Source: Polyangiales bacterium (lineage in GTDB: Bacteria; Myxococcota_A; Polyangia; Polyangiales; JADJQN01). From it: a stretch of DNA of 64,000 bases. The notes below the pieces were generated by a model. The model was not told the origin of the DNA, ran no database searches, and saw nothing but the letters and a program-made list of their open reading frames with translations. The stretch lies in NCBI GenBank assembly GCA_964202905.1, contig CAXNJO010000016.1, positions 8,815 to 72,814 on the forward strand, given 5' to 3'. How positions within the stretch are numbered: position 1 is the stretch's first letter; every line of letters begins with the position of its first letter. Of this stretch, positions 29,791 to 39,529 are shown piece after piece. The translations under genes and the position numbers were made by a program.

Positions 29791-32700
29791 GCGACGCGCG
29801 ACACGGCCTGATCGCCCGCACGATCACGTGGTGCGGCCTGCACCCGGGCCTCACGATCGCGGCCTCGCTCGCCCTCGCGGTGGCCTCGTTCGCGGCCATT
29901 CGCGCGACGCCGGTCGATGCCCTCCCCGACATCTCCGATCGTCAGGTCATCGTCGTCGGCGAGTGGATGGGACGCAGCCCCGCGCTCGTCGAAGACCAGC
30001 TGACCTGGCCCCTCGCGAGCGCGCTCCTCGGTATGCCGGGCGTGCGCGCGGTGCGCGGCCAGTCGATGCCGGGCATGTCGTTCCTCTACGTCGTGCTCGA
30101 GGACGACGCCGACCTCGACCTCGCTCGCGCGCGGACGGGCGAGGTGCTCGCGCAGGCGCGCACGACGCTGCCCGAGGAGGCCCGCGTGCGCGTCGGTCCG
30201 GACGCGTCCGGTGTCGGTTGGGTCTACCAGTACGCGCTCGTCGACGACTCGGGAACGCACTCGCTCGACACGCTGCGCGCGCTGCAGGACTTCACCCTGC
30301 GGCAGGCGCTGCAGTCGGTGCGGGGCGTCGCGGAGGTCGCGTCGATCGGCGGCTTCGAGCGCGAATACCAGGTCACGCTGCGCCCCGACGCCCTGCGCGC
30401 GCACGACATCGACGCACGCACGGTGGGCGGCGCGATCCGCGCCGCGAACCGCGACGTCGGCGCGGGCTCCATCACGCTCGCCGGGCGAGAACTCTTCGTG
30501 CGCGGGCGCGGCGCGCTCCGCGACGTCGACGCCATCGGCGACGTCGTGCTCGCCGCGCGCGGCGCGGGCGTCGTCGTGCGCGTCCGCGACGTGGCGCACG
30601 TCGCGATCGGCGGCCGCGAGCGCCGCGGCATCGGTGAACTCGACGGCCGCGGCGAGGCTGTCTCCGGCATCGTCATCGCGCGTGAGGGCGCCAACGCGCG
30701 CGCCGTCATCCGTGACGTCAAGGCCCGCCTCGCGAGCCTGTCGGGCGCGCTCCCCGAGGGCGTCCGCGTCGTGCCGGTGTACGACCGCGCCACCCTCATC
30801 GACGCCGCGGTCGCGACGCTCCGCGGCGCGCTCGTCGAGGAGATGATCGTCGTCGCCGCCGTCATCCTGCTGTTTCTGCTCCACGTGCGCAGCGCGCTCG
30901 TGCCGGTGATCGTGCTCCCGCTCGCCGTCGCCGCGTCGTTCCTGCCGATGCGCGCGCTCGGGGTGAGCAGCAACGTGATGTCGCTCGGCGGCATCGCGAT
31001 CGCGATCGGCGCGATGGTCGACGCCGCGATCGTGATCGTCGAGAACGCCCACAAACGCCTCGAGCATGCGCCCGCAGGCACGCCGCGCCGCGAGGTCCTG
31101 CTGGAGAGCGCACGCGAGGTCGGGCCCGCGATCTTCTTCTCGCTCCTCATCGTGACCGTCGCCTTCCTCCCGGTGTTCGGGCTGACGGGACAGGCGGGTC
31201 GCCTCTTCCGCCCGCTCGCGCTCACCAAGACCTTCGCGATGCTCGGCTCCGCGCTGCTCGCGATCACGCTCGCGCCCGCGCTGCTCGTCACCCTCGTGCG
31301 CGGCCGCATCCGCGCCGAGCACGAGCACCCCGTCTCGCGCCGCCTGATCGCGCTCTACCGCCCCTTCGTCGACGTGGCCCTGCGGAACCCGCGCACGACG
31401 GTGCTGCTCGGCGTGCTCGCCGTCCTCAGCGCCGCGCCGCTCGTGCCGCGCATCGGCGGCGAGTTCATGCCCCCGCTCGACGAGGGCGACCTGCTCTACA
31501 TGCCCACCACACTCCCCGGCGTCGCGCCCGCCGAGGCCGCCCGCGCGCTCCGCGTGCAGGACCGCGCGATCCGCGCCTTCCCCGAGGTGCTCAGCGTCTA
31601 CGGCAAGGCGGGGCGCGCCGACACCGCGACAGATCCCGCCCCGCTCGAGATGGTCGAGACCGTCGTGCGCCTGCGGCCGCGCGCGGAGTGGCGCACGATC
31701 GAGGCCCCGCGCTGGTGGTCCCGCCTCGCGCCCGCGCCGCTCGCCCCGCTCCTGCGGCGCGTCTGGCCCGATCGCCGACCCCGCACGACGTCCGAACTCG
31801 CCGCCGAGCTCGCCGAGGCCGCGCGCCTCCCGGGCTACGGCGCGTCGCTCACCATGCCGATCCGCACGCGCATCGACATGCTCTCGACCGGCGTGCGCAC
31901 CGAGGTCGGCGTGAAGGTCCTCGGCGACGATCTCCGCGCGATCGACGCGACGACGGCCGCCATCGCGCGCGCGCTCACGCAGGTGCGCGGCACGAGCTCC
32001 GCGATCGCCGAGCGCAGCGCGGGCGGCGTCTTCGTGGACATCGTGCCGCGGCGCGAGGCCCTCGCGCGCTACGGGATCGATCAGGGCACGCTTCTCGACG
32101 TCGTCGCGACGGCCGTCGGCGGCGAACGCGCGACGACGGTGCTCGACGGGCGCGCGCGCTTCGACGTGACCGTGCGCTACGTACGCGATCGCCGCCTCGA
32201 CCTCGACGCGCTCCGCGCCGTGCTCGTGCCGATTGGCCCCGGCGCCAGCGCGATGCCCGCCGACGACGGCATGGGAGACGGCCGCACCGGCGCGCTCTCG
32301 CCCCTCGACGCGCGCGCCCTGCTCGCCCGCCCCACGCTCACGCAGTCGATGCCGATGGGCGCAGGCGACGTCGGCGCCCGCGGCGCGCCGCTCCCACCGG
32401 CGGGCGCGATGGGCGGCACGGCCAGCGACATCATGGCGGCATCACCATCCGGCGAGATGGTCAGTGGCATGCGCACACCGATGCCGAGCGCGATGCCCGG
32501 CGCGAACGGCGGCGCGATGCCCGGCGCGCCCGGCGACGCGATGGGACGCGGGCCGACGACGCCGCTCTCCGACTCGTCGCGCGCGCGCGCAGCGGGCGGG
32601 CTGCTCCACGTCCCGCTCGGCGAGCTGGCCGATGTGACGCTCGTGGACGGTCCCGCGATGATCCGCTCCGAAGACGGGCGCCTCGCAGGTCTCGTGTTCG

Positions 32701-33404
32701 TGGACGTCGACACCGAGGCGCGCGATCTCTCGGGCTACGTGCGCGACGCACGCGCGCACGTCGCGCGCACCGTCCCGCGCCCCGCGGGCGTGGAGATCCG
32801 CTGGACCGGCCAGTACGAGCAGGTCGAAGAGACGAACGCACGCCTCGCGGTGCTGCTGCCGCTGACGATCGCGCTCGTGCTTCTCTTGCTCTACCTGCAC
32901 CTGCGCAGCGTCGTCGAGGTGCTCATCGTCTCGCTCACGGTACCCTTCGCGCTCGTCGGCAGCGTGTGGGCGCTCTGGCTGCTCGACTACCGCTGGTCCG
33001 CGGCCGTCGGCGTCGGCGTCGTCGCGCTCATCGGGCTCGCCGCCGAGACGGGCATCGTGATGGTCCTCTACCTCGACCGCGCCTACGAGGCGCGCCTGCG
33101 CGAGGGGCGCATCCGCACGCTCGCGGACATCGTCGCCGCGCACGAGGAGGGCACCGTCGCGCGCGTGCGGCCGAAGGTGATGACCGTGGCGACCGCGCTC
33201 TTCGGGCTGTTGCCGCTCCTCTGGTCGGAGGGCGCGGGCGCCGACGTGATGAAGCGCATCGCCGCGCCGATGGTGGGCGGGCTCGTCACGAGCCTCTTCC
33301 TCACCCTCGAGATCCTGCCCGTCGTCTACACGTGGTGGCGCTACCGGCAGCTCCGCCAGGCGCAGCGCGACGCGCCCGCGACGGAGCCGCGCGGGGGCGA
33401 CTAG
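29787..33404 (+). CDS. cusA: CusA family Cu(I)/Ag(I) RND efflux pump with Met-rich insertion
   Basis: DALPDISDRQVIV, GPDASGVGWVYQY, GAMVDAAIVIVEN, LYMPTT / PLEMVET / RIDMLSTG (three-Met site), RVRPKVMT. Confidence 0.93.
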   Translation: MSDARHGLIARTITWCGLHPGLTIAASLALAVASFAAIRATPVDALPDISDRQVIVVGEWMGRSPALVEDQLTWPLASALLGMPGVRAVRGQSMPGMSFLYVVLEDDADLDLARARTGEVLAQARTTLPEEARVRVGPDASGVGWVYQYALVDDSGTHSLDTLRALQDFTLRQALQSVRGVAEVASIGGFEREYQVTLRPDALRAHDIDARTVGGAIRAANRDVGAGSITLAGRELFVRGRGALRDVDAIGDVVLAARGAGVVVRVRDVAHVAIGGRERRGIGELDGRGEAVSGIVIAREGANARAVIRDVKARLASLSGALPEGVRVVPVYDRATLIDAAVATLRGALVEEMIVVAAVILLFLLHVRSALVPVIVLPLAVAASFLPMRALGVSSNVMSLGGIAIAIGAMVDAAIVIVENAHKRLEHAPAGTPRREVLLESAREVGPAIFFSLLIVTVAFLPVFGLTGQAGRLFRPLALTKTFAMLGSALLAITLAPALLVTLVRGRIRAEHEHPVSRRLIALYRPFVDVALRNPRTTVLLGVLAVLSAAPLVPRIGGEFMPPLDEGDLLYMPTTLPGVAPAEAARALRVQDRAIRAFPEVLSVYGKAGRADTATDPAPLEMVETVVRLRPRAEWRTIEAPRWWSRLAPAPLAPLLRRVWPDRRPRTTSELAAELAEAARLPGYGASLTMPIRTRIDMLSTGVRTEVGVKVLGDDLRAIDATTAAIARALTQVRGTSSAIAERSAGGVFVDIVPRREALARYGIDQGTLLDVVATAVGGERATTVLDGRARFDVTVRYVRDRRLDLDALRAVLVPIGPGASAMPADDGMGDGRTGALSPLDARALLARPTLTQSMPMGAGDVGARGAPLPPAGAMGGTASDIMAASPSGEMVSGMRTPMPSAMPGANGGAMPGAPGDAMGRGPTTPLSDSSRARAAGGLLHVPLGELADVTLVDGPAMIRSEDGRLAGLVFVDVDTEARDLSGYVRDARAHVARTVPRPAGVEIRWTGQYEQVEETNARLAVLLPLTIALVLLLLYLHLRSVVEVLIVSLTVPFALVGSVWALWLLDYRWSAAVGVGVVALIGLAAETGIVMVLYLDRAYEARLREGRIRTLADIVAAHEEGTVARVRPKVMTVATALFGLLPLLWSEGAGADVMKRIAAPMVGGLVTSLFLTLEILPVVYTWWRYRQLRQAQRDAPATEPRGGD

Positions 33405-34897
33405 AAGCGGTACGTCGCGCCGAGCGAGACGACGTCGAAGCGCGCCGAGAACGTGCCTTGGTTGATGATCGCGCCCTCGCCCTCGAGGCCTACCTGCGCG
33501 AGCCCCTCGGTGGCCGTCGCGGTCGACGTGATGTCCGCCTGGAAGATGTGCAGGTACGCGAGGGAGAGATCGAGCTGCCCGAGCCGCAGCGTCGCGCCGC
33601 CGTGCACGCTGATGCGCTCGCCCGGGAGGAAGTCGAGCTGCACGAAGCGCGGATCGACGCCGCTCGTCTCGTACGCCGCGCCGACCCGCAGCGCGAGCTT
33701 GCCCGGCAGCACGTTGTAGTCACCGCCGAGCCGGAGCGACAACTGGTTCAACCAGTTGTGCGCGAGGCGGATCGTGTTCGGGAGCGGCGCCGTCGTGAGG
33801 CCCGAGGCGGGGACGTCGGCGACGGCCGCGGGGGGCAGCGAGACGACGTAATCCGTGACGCGGTTGTTGAACTCGTAGACGGCGTTCAGCTCGACGTCGA
33901 AGAGCTCCGTGGTCATGCGATCGGCGACGGCGCCCCCCGCTGCCTGCGCGGGCGCCGTGCCGCGCGGATGGCCGTAGCGCGCACCGAAGGTGAGCGCGGC
34001 CGTCTGCTGCGCGACGAGGCGCACGCCGTCGACCACCGTGCTCGCGTTGCGGTTGGCCGCCTCGTCGAAGTCGTGCGCGCCGATCGTGAGCGTGCCGCGG
34101 GCGCGGACGTCGTCGACGTAGCGGAAGCCGAGCATCAGATCGAGCCCGTCCATCGGCCGCACCGCGACGGAGGCGATGGCCGCCGGCGTGAAGGAATCGG
34201 TCACCGCGAGGTCGGTGCGGATGTCGAGCGCGGGGTCTTCGCCCGCGCTGCTCGAGGTCCCGTAGTTCGTGTACGAGATGCTCGTGAGCCCCCACTGCAG
34301 CGTCGCGCCGAACGCGAGCCACGGCGTCACACGGTAGCCGACGCCGACCGACGGGAAGATCTGCAGGAGGTTCTGCTGGACGAGGTTGTAGCGGGCCGGC
34401 GACGGGAGCGTGCCGCCCGCGACGGTGCCGTCCGCCGTGCCGAAGCGCGTCGCGCCCGCAGCGTACGGCGTGAGCACGCCGACGCCGATCGTGAGGCCCT
34501 CGGCCACCGGGAACGTCGCGACGAGCGAAGCGCCCGGCGAGAAGGGCGTCTCGTTGCAGACCTCGGGGAAGGCGTTGCCCTCCCAGCCCGGCGCGAACCG
34601 CGTCGGCTCGCCCTGCGTGCGCCCCGGATCGCCGTACGAACCGGGGCGGCTCTGACACGCGTTGAACAGACCGACGTTCGCGTTGAGCATGAGCTGCACG
34701 CCCGTCAGATCCGACAGCAGCGCAGGGTTGAGTTGCAGCGCCATCGGGTCGTCCGCGCGTGCGGAGAAGGCGCCGCCGCGACCCGCCGCGCGCGTCCCGG
34801 CGCCGTTGTACTCGAGCCCGCCGGCGCGCGCGCCCGAGGCCACGGACACGAGCGAGAGAGCCGCGAACATTCCCACGAACCACCGGACTCGGCGCAT
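33401..34897 (-). CDS. OmpP1/FadL family outer-membrane transporter
   Basis: Signal peptide, GTRAAGRGGAFSARADDPMALQLNPALL hatch, beta-strand pattern, terminal ATYRF. Confidence 0.85.
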   Translation of the reverse strand: MRRVRWFVGMFAALSLVSVASGARAGGLEYNGAGTRAAGRGGAFSARADDPMALQLNPALLSDLTGVQLMLNANVGLFNACQSRPGSYGDPGRTQGEPTRFAPGWEGNAFPEVCNETPFSPGASLVATFPVAEGLTIGVGVLTPYAAGATRFGTADGTVAGGTLPSPARYNLVQQNLLQIFPSVGVGYRVTPWLAFGATLQWGLTSISYTNYGTSSSAGEDPALDIRTDLAVTDSFTPAAIASVAVRPMDGLDLMLGFRYVDDVRARGTLTIGAHDFDEAANRNASTVVDGVRLVAQQTAALTFGARYGHPRGTAPAQAAGGAVADRMTTELFDVELNAVYEFNNRVTDYVVSLPPAAVADVPASGLTTAPLPNTIRLAHNWLNQLSLRLGGDYNVLPGKLALRVGAAYETSGVDPRFVQLDFLPGERISVHGGATLRLGQLDLSLAYLHIFQADITSTATATEGLAQVGLEGEGAIINQGTFSARFDVVSLGATYRF

Positions 34898-34986
34898 GCA
34901 CCCTCCTCGAAGAAGGGCGCACGATACCGTCGCGCGCCCCACGCACGGAAGGGAAAGCGCATGACGCGCCGCGTTGCGCTGCGGCG

Positions 34987-36375
34987 TCAGCCTTCCTGCT
35001 CTTCGCCGCCGTACTGGTCGTCCGCGAGGTTGTCGAAGCGCGTGTACGCGTTGAAGAACGCGCAGCGCACGGTGCCCGTCGGTCCCGACCGCTGCTTGCC
35101 GATGATCAGCTCCGCGACGCCGCGATCGAGGGTCTCCTTGTTGTAGACCTCGTCGCGGTAAACGAAAATGATGGTGTCCGCGTCCTGCTCGATCGCGCCC
35201 GACTCACGCAGGTCCGAGAGCTGCGGCCGCTTGTCCTTGGTGCCGCGCGACTCGACGCCGCGGTTCAGCTGCGAGAGCGCGATGACCGGCAGCGACAGCT
35301 CCTTCGCGAGCCCCTTCAGCGAGCGGCTGATCTCGCTGATCTCCTGCTCGCGCGAGTCCGTCCGCACGCCCGCGCGCATGAGCTGGAGGTAGTCGATGAT
35401 GATGAGCCCGAGCCCCGACTCGCTGCGCAGACGGCGCGCCTTCGCGCGGAGCTCCATGAGCGTGAGGCCCGGGGTGTCGTCGATGTAGATCGGCAGATCG
35501 CTGAGCACGCCCGCGGCGTTCGCGAGCGGCGGCCAGTCTTCGCGCAGCAGGCGCCCGGTGCGGAGCCGACCCGCGTCGACGCGCGCCTCGCTGCAGAGCA
35601 TGCGCTTGGCGAGCTGCTCTTTCGGCATCTCGAGCGAGAAGACCGCGACCGTCTTCTTCGAGACGAGGCAGGCGTTCACGCCGACGTTCAGGGCGAACGA
35701 CGTCTTGCCCATGCCGGGGCGGCCCGCGACGATGATGAGGTCGCCCGGATGCATGCCCGCCGTCATGTCGTCGAGGCGATCGAAGCCCGTCGCGAGGCCG
35801 GTGATGCGCTCCTTGCGGCGCGCGGCCTCGTGAATCTCCTGGAAGGTGCGGACGACGACGTCCTTGATGTGCTCGTAAGGGTGCCGGACGCGCTCCTTCG
35901 CGACGTCGAACACGGCCTTCTCCGCGCCGTCGAGGAAGCGCTCGATCTCGCCGTAGTCGCCGTAGCCCGTCGCCGCGACCTCGTGGCAAGCGAGGATGAG
36001 CCGCCGGACGACGCTCTTCTCGCGCACGATGCGCGAGTGCGCCTCGATGTTGGCGACGGTGGGGATCGTGTTGGTGAGCCCGAGCAGGTACTCGTCGCCG
36101 CCCGCGAGCTGCAGCTTGCTCTTGTTCACGAGCCCCGCGCGCACGGTGACCGTGTCGAGCGGCTCGCCCCGCGCGAACAGCTCGCACATCACGCGGAACA
36201 TCTCCTGATGCCCGACCGCGTAGAAGTCGTCGGCCGTGAGCATCTCGAGCACCGAGTTCAGCGACGCGTTGTCGAGCAGGATGCCGCCGAGCACGGCGCG
36301 CTCCGCCTCGAGCGAATGCGGGGGAATCCGACCCTCACCGGCGCCGCGCGGACGCTCGAACATCTGCTCTTCCAT
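34987..36375 (-). CDS. dnaB: Replicative DNA helicase
   Basis: PPHSLEAERAVLGG, GRPGMGKT, IIDYLQLM, SQLNR, LRESGAIEQDAD; no intein. Confidence 0.97.
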   Translation of the reverse strand: MEEQMFERPRGAGEGRIPPHSLEAERAVLGGILLDNASLNSVLEMLTADDFYAVGHQEMFRVMCELFARGEPLDTVTVRAGLVNKSKLQLAGGDEYLLGLTNTIPTVANIEAHSRIVREKSVVRRLILACHEVAATGYGDYGEIERFLDGAEKAVFDVAKERVRHPYEHIKDVVVRTFQEIHEAARRKERITGLATGFDRLDDMTAGMHPGDLIIVAGRPGMGKTSFALNVGVNACLVSKKTVAVFSLEMPKEQLAKRMLCSEARVDAGRLRTGRLLREDWPPLANAAGVLSDLPIYIDDTPGLTLMELRAKARRLRSESGLGLIIIDYLQLMRAGVRTDSREQEISEISRSLKGLAKELSLPVIALSQLNRGVESRGTKDKRPQLSDLRESGAIEQDADTIIFVYRDEVYNKETLDRGVAELIIGKQRSGPTGTVRCAFFNAYTRFDNLADDQYGGEEQEG

Positions 36376-36525
36376 GGGCGGCGCAACCTACGTCCAACGC
36401 GCAGCGAAGTCATCCACGCACGTGTGATACCCGCGGCCGCAGGCCAGCGTCTCCACCCCCGGTGCGCGCGAGCGACCGCACTCGCAACCACCCTGCCCAC
36501 CATGCGTTCATGCGCATGAACGCAA

Positions 36526-36556
36526 CGAGCCTCCACGGCTCTCGCCGGGAGGCTCG
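36526..36556 (-). terminator. Hairpin downstream of rplI
   Basis: cgagcctcc-a-cggc-tctc-gccg-ggaggctcg. Confidence 0.5.
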
Positions 36557-36594
36557 CTGCGACCCCGTCGCGCGCACGCGGCGCGCGCGGGGCG

Positions 36595-37047
36595 CTACTT
36601 CTTGACGACGTCGAGCTTGAAGGTCGCGACGACCTCCGGTGCGAGACGCGCCTTGACCTCGTACGAGCCGAGGTGACGGGTCTCCGGCAGCTCGATGCGC
36701 TTCTTGTCGACGTCGAAGCCCTTCGCCTTGAGGGCGTCGGACAGCTCGCGCGTCGTCACGGAGCCATAGAGCTTGTTCTCGTCGCCCGCCTGCTTGGCGA
36801 GGGTGACGGTCACGGTCGAGAGCTGCTGCGCGATCGCCTCGAAGCTCTTCTTGAGCTTGGCGGCGTTCGCGATCGCCATCTTCCGAGCGTGCTCGATCTG
36901 CTGGATGTTGCCCTCCGTCGCGACCACGGCGAAGCCGCGGGGCAGGAGGTAGTTGCGGGCGAAGCCCGGCTTGACCTTCACGAGCTCGCCGATCTTGCCG
37001 AGCGTCGTGACGTCTTCGCGGAGAACCACCTGGATGTTGTTGGCCAT
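36595..37047 (-). CDS. rplI: 50S ribosomal protein L9
   Basis: LGKIGELVKVKPGFARNYLLPRG, KLYGSVT. Confidence 0.97.
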   Translation of the reverse strand: MANNIQVVLREDVTTLGKIGELVKVKPGFARNYLLPRGFAVVATEGNIQQIEHARKMAIANAAKLKKSFEAIAQQLSTVTVTLAKQAGDENKLYGSVTTRELSDALKAKGFDVDKKRIELPETRHLGSYEVKARLAPEVVATFKLDVVKK

Positions 37048-37052
37048 GGCGC

Positions 37053-37385
37053 TCAGTCCGTGGAGGTGAAGGGCATGAGGGCGATCTGACGGCTCCGCTT
37101 CACGGCGATCGTCAGCGCGCGCTGCTGCTTGGCCGAGAGGCCGGTGATGCGGCGCGGCACGAGCTTGCCGCGCTCGGTGATGAAGAACTTGAGCTGCTGC
37201 GGGTTCTTGTAATCGAACTCGAAGTCGGTCTCGAGGACGAAGCTCGGCGGGCGCTTGCGCTTGCCGCGCCGGCGAAGACCGAGCGGATCCTCGCCCTGTC
37301 CCCCCATGCCCATCCCCCCGCCGCCACGGCGATCGTCGCCGAAGCCGCCACGGTCATCGTCGTACGGACGTGCGTCGTGCTTCAT
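37053..37385 (-). CDS. rpsR: 30S ribosomal protein S18 (Cys-free, with N-terminal extension)
   Basis: [47 protein letters not shown]. Confidence 0.95.
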   Translation of the reverse strand: MKHDARPYDDDRGGFGDDRRGGGGMGMGGQGEDPLGLRRRGKRKRPPSFVLETDFEFDYKNPQQLKFFITERGKLVPRRITGLSAKQQRALTIAVKRSRQIALMPFTSTD

Positions 37386-37389
37386 GGGA

Positions 37390-37947
37390 TCACTCCTTCT
37401 CCGCGTCGGGGGCCGTGGTCGCCTTCGCGGCCCGCGGCGCCGTCACCGTGTCATCGTCATCGCCCATCGCGTCGTCCGCGAACTCGTCGTCGCCGAACTC
37501 GTTCTCCTGCCGACGCGGGCGCTGCTCCTCGAGCATGCCGAGGCGCTGCTCGAGGTTCGGCTCCTCTTCGTCCGGCGTCACCTCGAGGCGACGGAACTTG
37601 ATCTCCTCGGGGTCGATCGCGACGTCGAGCGTCACGTCTTCCACGCGGATGCACACCGTCTGGTGCCGCATGACCTGGTCGAGCAGGCGCAGGTTGCGCT
37701 CGACCTCGGCGACGATGTCGCCGACGCCGATGTAACGAACCAGCACGAACACGCCGCGCGTGTGCTTGCGGATCGGGTAGGCGAGGCGACGCTTGCCCCA
37801 GTTGTCGAGCTTGGTGAGCTTGCCTTCGAGACGCGCGACGACGTCCGTGATGCGGCCCGCGATGCGGTCCGCTTCGTCCGGATCCACCTGCGGCTGCAGG
37901 ATGTAGATCGTCTCGTATTCTCGAGGCTTTTGGATCATGATGGCCAT
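37390..37947 (-). CDS. rpsF: 30S ribosomal protein S6 with acidic C-terminal tail
   Basis: [29 protein letters not shown] before ATG 37947. Confidence 0.95.
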   Translation of the reverse strand: MAIMIQKPREYETIYILQPQVDPDEADRIAGRITDVVARLEGKLTKLDNWGKRRLAYPIRKHTRGVFVLVRYIGVGDIVAEVERNLRLLDQVMRHQTVCIRVEDVTLDVAIDPEEIKFRRLEVTPDEEEPNLEQRLGMLEEQRPRRQENEFGDDEFADDAMGDDDDTVTAPRAAKATTAPDAEKE

Positions 37948-37952
37948 TCGAT

Positions 37953-37994
37953 CTCCTCTCGGTCCGAGGCCCGGGGACATCCCCGAGCGAGGAG
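37953..37994 (-). promoter_or_regulatory. SD-sequestering hairpin in rpsF leader (candidate S6:S18 autoregulatory leader)
   Basis: mRNA CUCCUC-GC-UCGG...CCGA-GAGGAG pairs over the Shine-Dalgarno. Confidence 0.45.
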
Positions 37995-38048
37995 CCAACT
38001 ACGCCTTGGGCACCATGCCCGTCGGCGTTCCCTACCGGGATCGATGCG

Positions 38049-38735
38049 CTAGCCCTTGGAGGCTTTGCCCATGGCATCGCCCTTCGAGGCTTTGCCCACG
38101 GCATCGCCCTTCGAGGCTTTGCCCACGGCATCGCCCTTCGAGGCTTTGCCCATGGCATCGCCCTTCGAGGCGGTGCCCTCCCGGTGAAGTTCATTCATCG
38201 CCGCCTGCGGGCCGCGGGCCACGATCGCCTCGACCATGAGCGCCGCCTTCTGCAGCTCCCCGTCGAGCTCCGCCCGCTCCGCCACGTCGAAATCACTGAG
38301 CACGTAGCCGTCGACCGGCCCCGAGCGCGGACGCCCGATGCCGACGCGCACGCGGGTGAAATCGGGGCCGCCGCAGTGCTGGATGATGCTGCGCAGCCCG
38401 TTGTGGCCGGCATGACCGCCACCGACCTTGATGCGCGAGGTGCGCCAGTCGAGGTCGAGCTCGTCGTGCACGACGACCACATCCTTCAAGGAGACCTTGA
38501 AGAACGTCATCGCCTTCTGCACCGACTCACCGCTCAGGTTCATGTAGGTCATCGGCTCGAGGAGGGCGACCTCGCGGTCGCCGATCACGGCCTTCGTGAA
38601 GAGCCCTTGGAACTTCTCTTTGAATGCGCCAGCGCGGGCGCGCCCGGCGACTCGCTCGACCACCATGAACCCGACGTTGTGTCGGGTCCCGGCGTACCGG
38701 GACCCCGGATTCCCGAGGCCTACGACGAGCAGCAC
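38049..38735 (-). CDS. pth: Peptidyl-tRNA hydrolase with repetitive C-terminal tail
   Basis: LVVGLGNPG, TRHNVGF, YMNLSG, VHDELD, GGHAGHNGLRSI, RVRVGIGRP. Confidence 0.96.
   Translation of the reverse strand: MLLVVGLGNPGSRYAGTRHNVGFMVVERVAGRARAGAFKEKFQGLFTKAVIGDREVALLEPMTYMNLSGESVQKAMTFFKVSLKDVVVVHDELDLDWRTSRIKVGGGHAGHNGLRSIIQHCGGPDFTRVRVGIGRPRSGPVDGYVLSDFDVAERAELDGELQKAALMVEAIVARGPQAAMNELHREGTASKGDAMGKASKGDAVGKASKGDAVGKASKGDAMGKASKG
38052..38171. repeat. 27-bp tandem repeat, about 4.4 copies, at the pth 3' end
   Basis: gcccttcgaggctttgccca(c/t)ggcatc encoding ASKGDA(M/V)GK. Confidence 0.95.
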
Positions 38736-38759
38736 GAGCGCACTCCGGACGGTGATCGA

Positions 38760-39467
38760 CTACTTCTTCTTGGCAGCCGGAGCGGCCTTGGCCGCCGCGG
38801 CCGGAGCGGCCTTGCCTGCCGCAGCCGGTGCGGCCTTGCCGCCGCCCGCTGCCGCCTTGCCCGCGGCTGCCGGCGCCGCAGCGACCGCTGCTGCCTCTTC
38901 CTCGGCGCCGCGCTTGTCCTCGGACACGACGGCAACGAGCGAGCGGTCCGCCGGGAGCGTCACGACCACGCCCTCGGGGAGCGAGAGATCGCGCGTGTGG
39001 ATGGCCTCGTGGAGACCGAGCGCCGACACGTCGACGACGATCTTCGCGGGGACCTTGTTCGGCGAGCAGCGCACGGGCAGCTCGCGGAAGATGACGCGGA
39101 GCAGGCCGCCGGCCGCGACGCCCGCTGCCTTGCCCTTCGTCTCGAACGGCACCTTCTGCTCGATCTCCCGGTCGAGTTCGACGCGGTAGAAGTCGGCGTG
39201 GATGATCTCACGCTCGAGCGGGTGGATCTGCACCTCGCGCACGACCGCGAGTTCCTTCTTTGCGCCGAACGCGAGCTCGACGACCTGGTTCCGGCCGTAC
39301 TCGGTCGAGAGCGCCTTGCGGAGCTCCTTCGGGCTCACGGCGATCGAGGTGGGCTCGGTGCCGGGACCATAGAACACGGCCGGGATCAGCCCCGTCATGC
39401 GGAGCTGCCGCGCCGGCCCCTTTCCGCCTCCGGGGCGGACCTCAGCCTGCAGCGTCTGGATATCCAT
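38760..39467 (-). CDS. rplY: 50S ribosomal protein L25/general stress protein Ctc
   Basis: GKGPARQLRMTGLIPAVFYG, EVQIHPL, HADFYRV, GVAAGG; Ala/Lys tail. Confidence 0.95.
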   Translation of the reverse strand: MDIQTLQAEVRPGGGKGPARQLRMTGLIPAVFYGPGTEPTSIAVSPKELRKALSTEYGRNQVVELAFGAKKELAVVREVQIHPLEREIIHADFYRVELDREIEQKVPFETKGKAAGVAAGGLLRVIFRELPVRCSPNKVPAKIVVDVSALGLHEAIHTRDLSLPEGVVVTLPADRSLVAVVSEDKRGAEEEAAAVAAAPAAAGKAAAGGGKAAPAAAGKAAPAAAAKAAPAAKKK

Positions 39468-39529
39468 TGTCTCGTCTCTTTCGTCTCGAGCGTTGGCGTG
39501 TCGAACGGTGGGTTGGAAACGCGGGCGAA

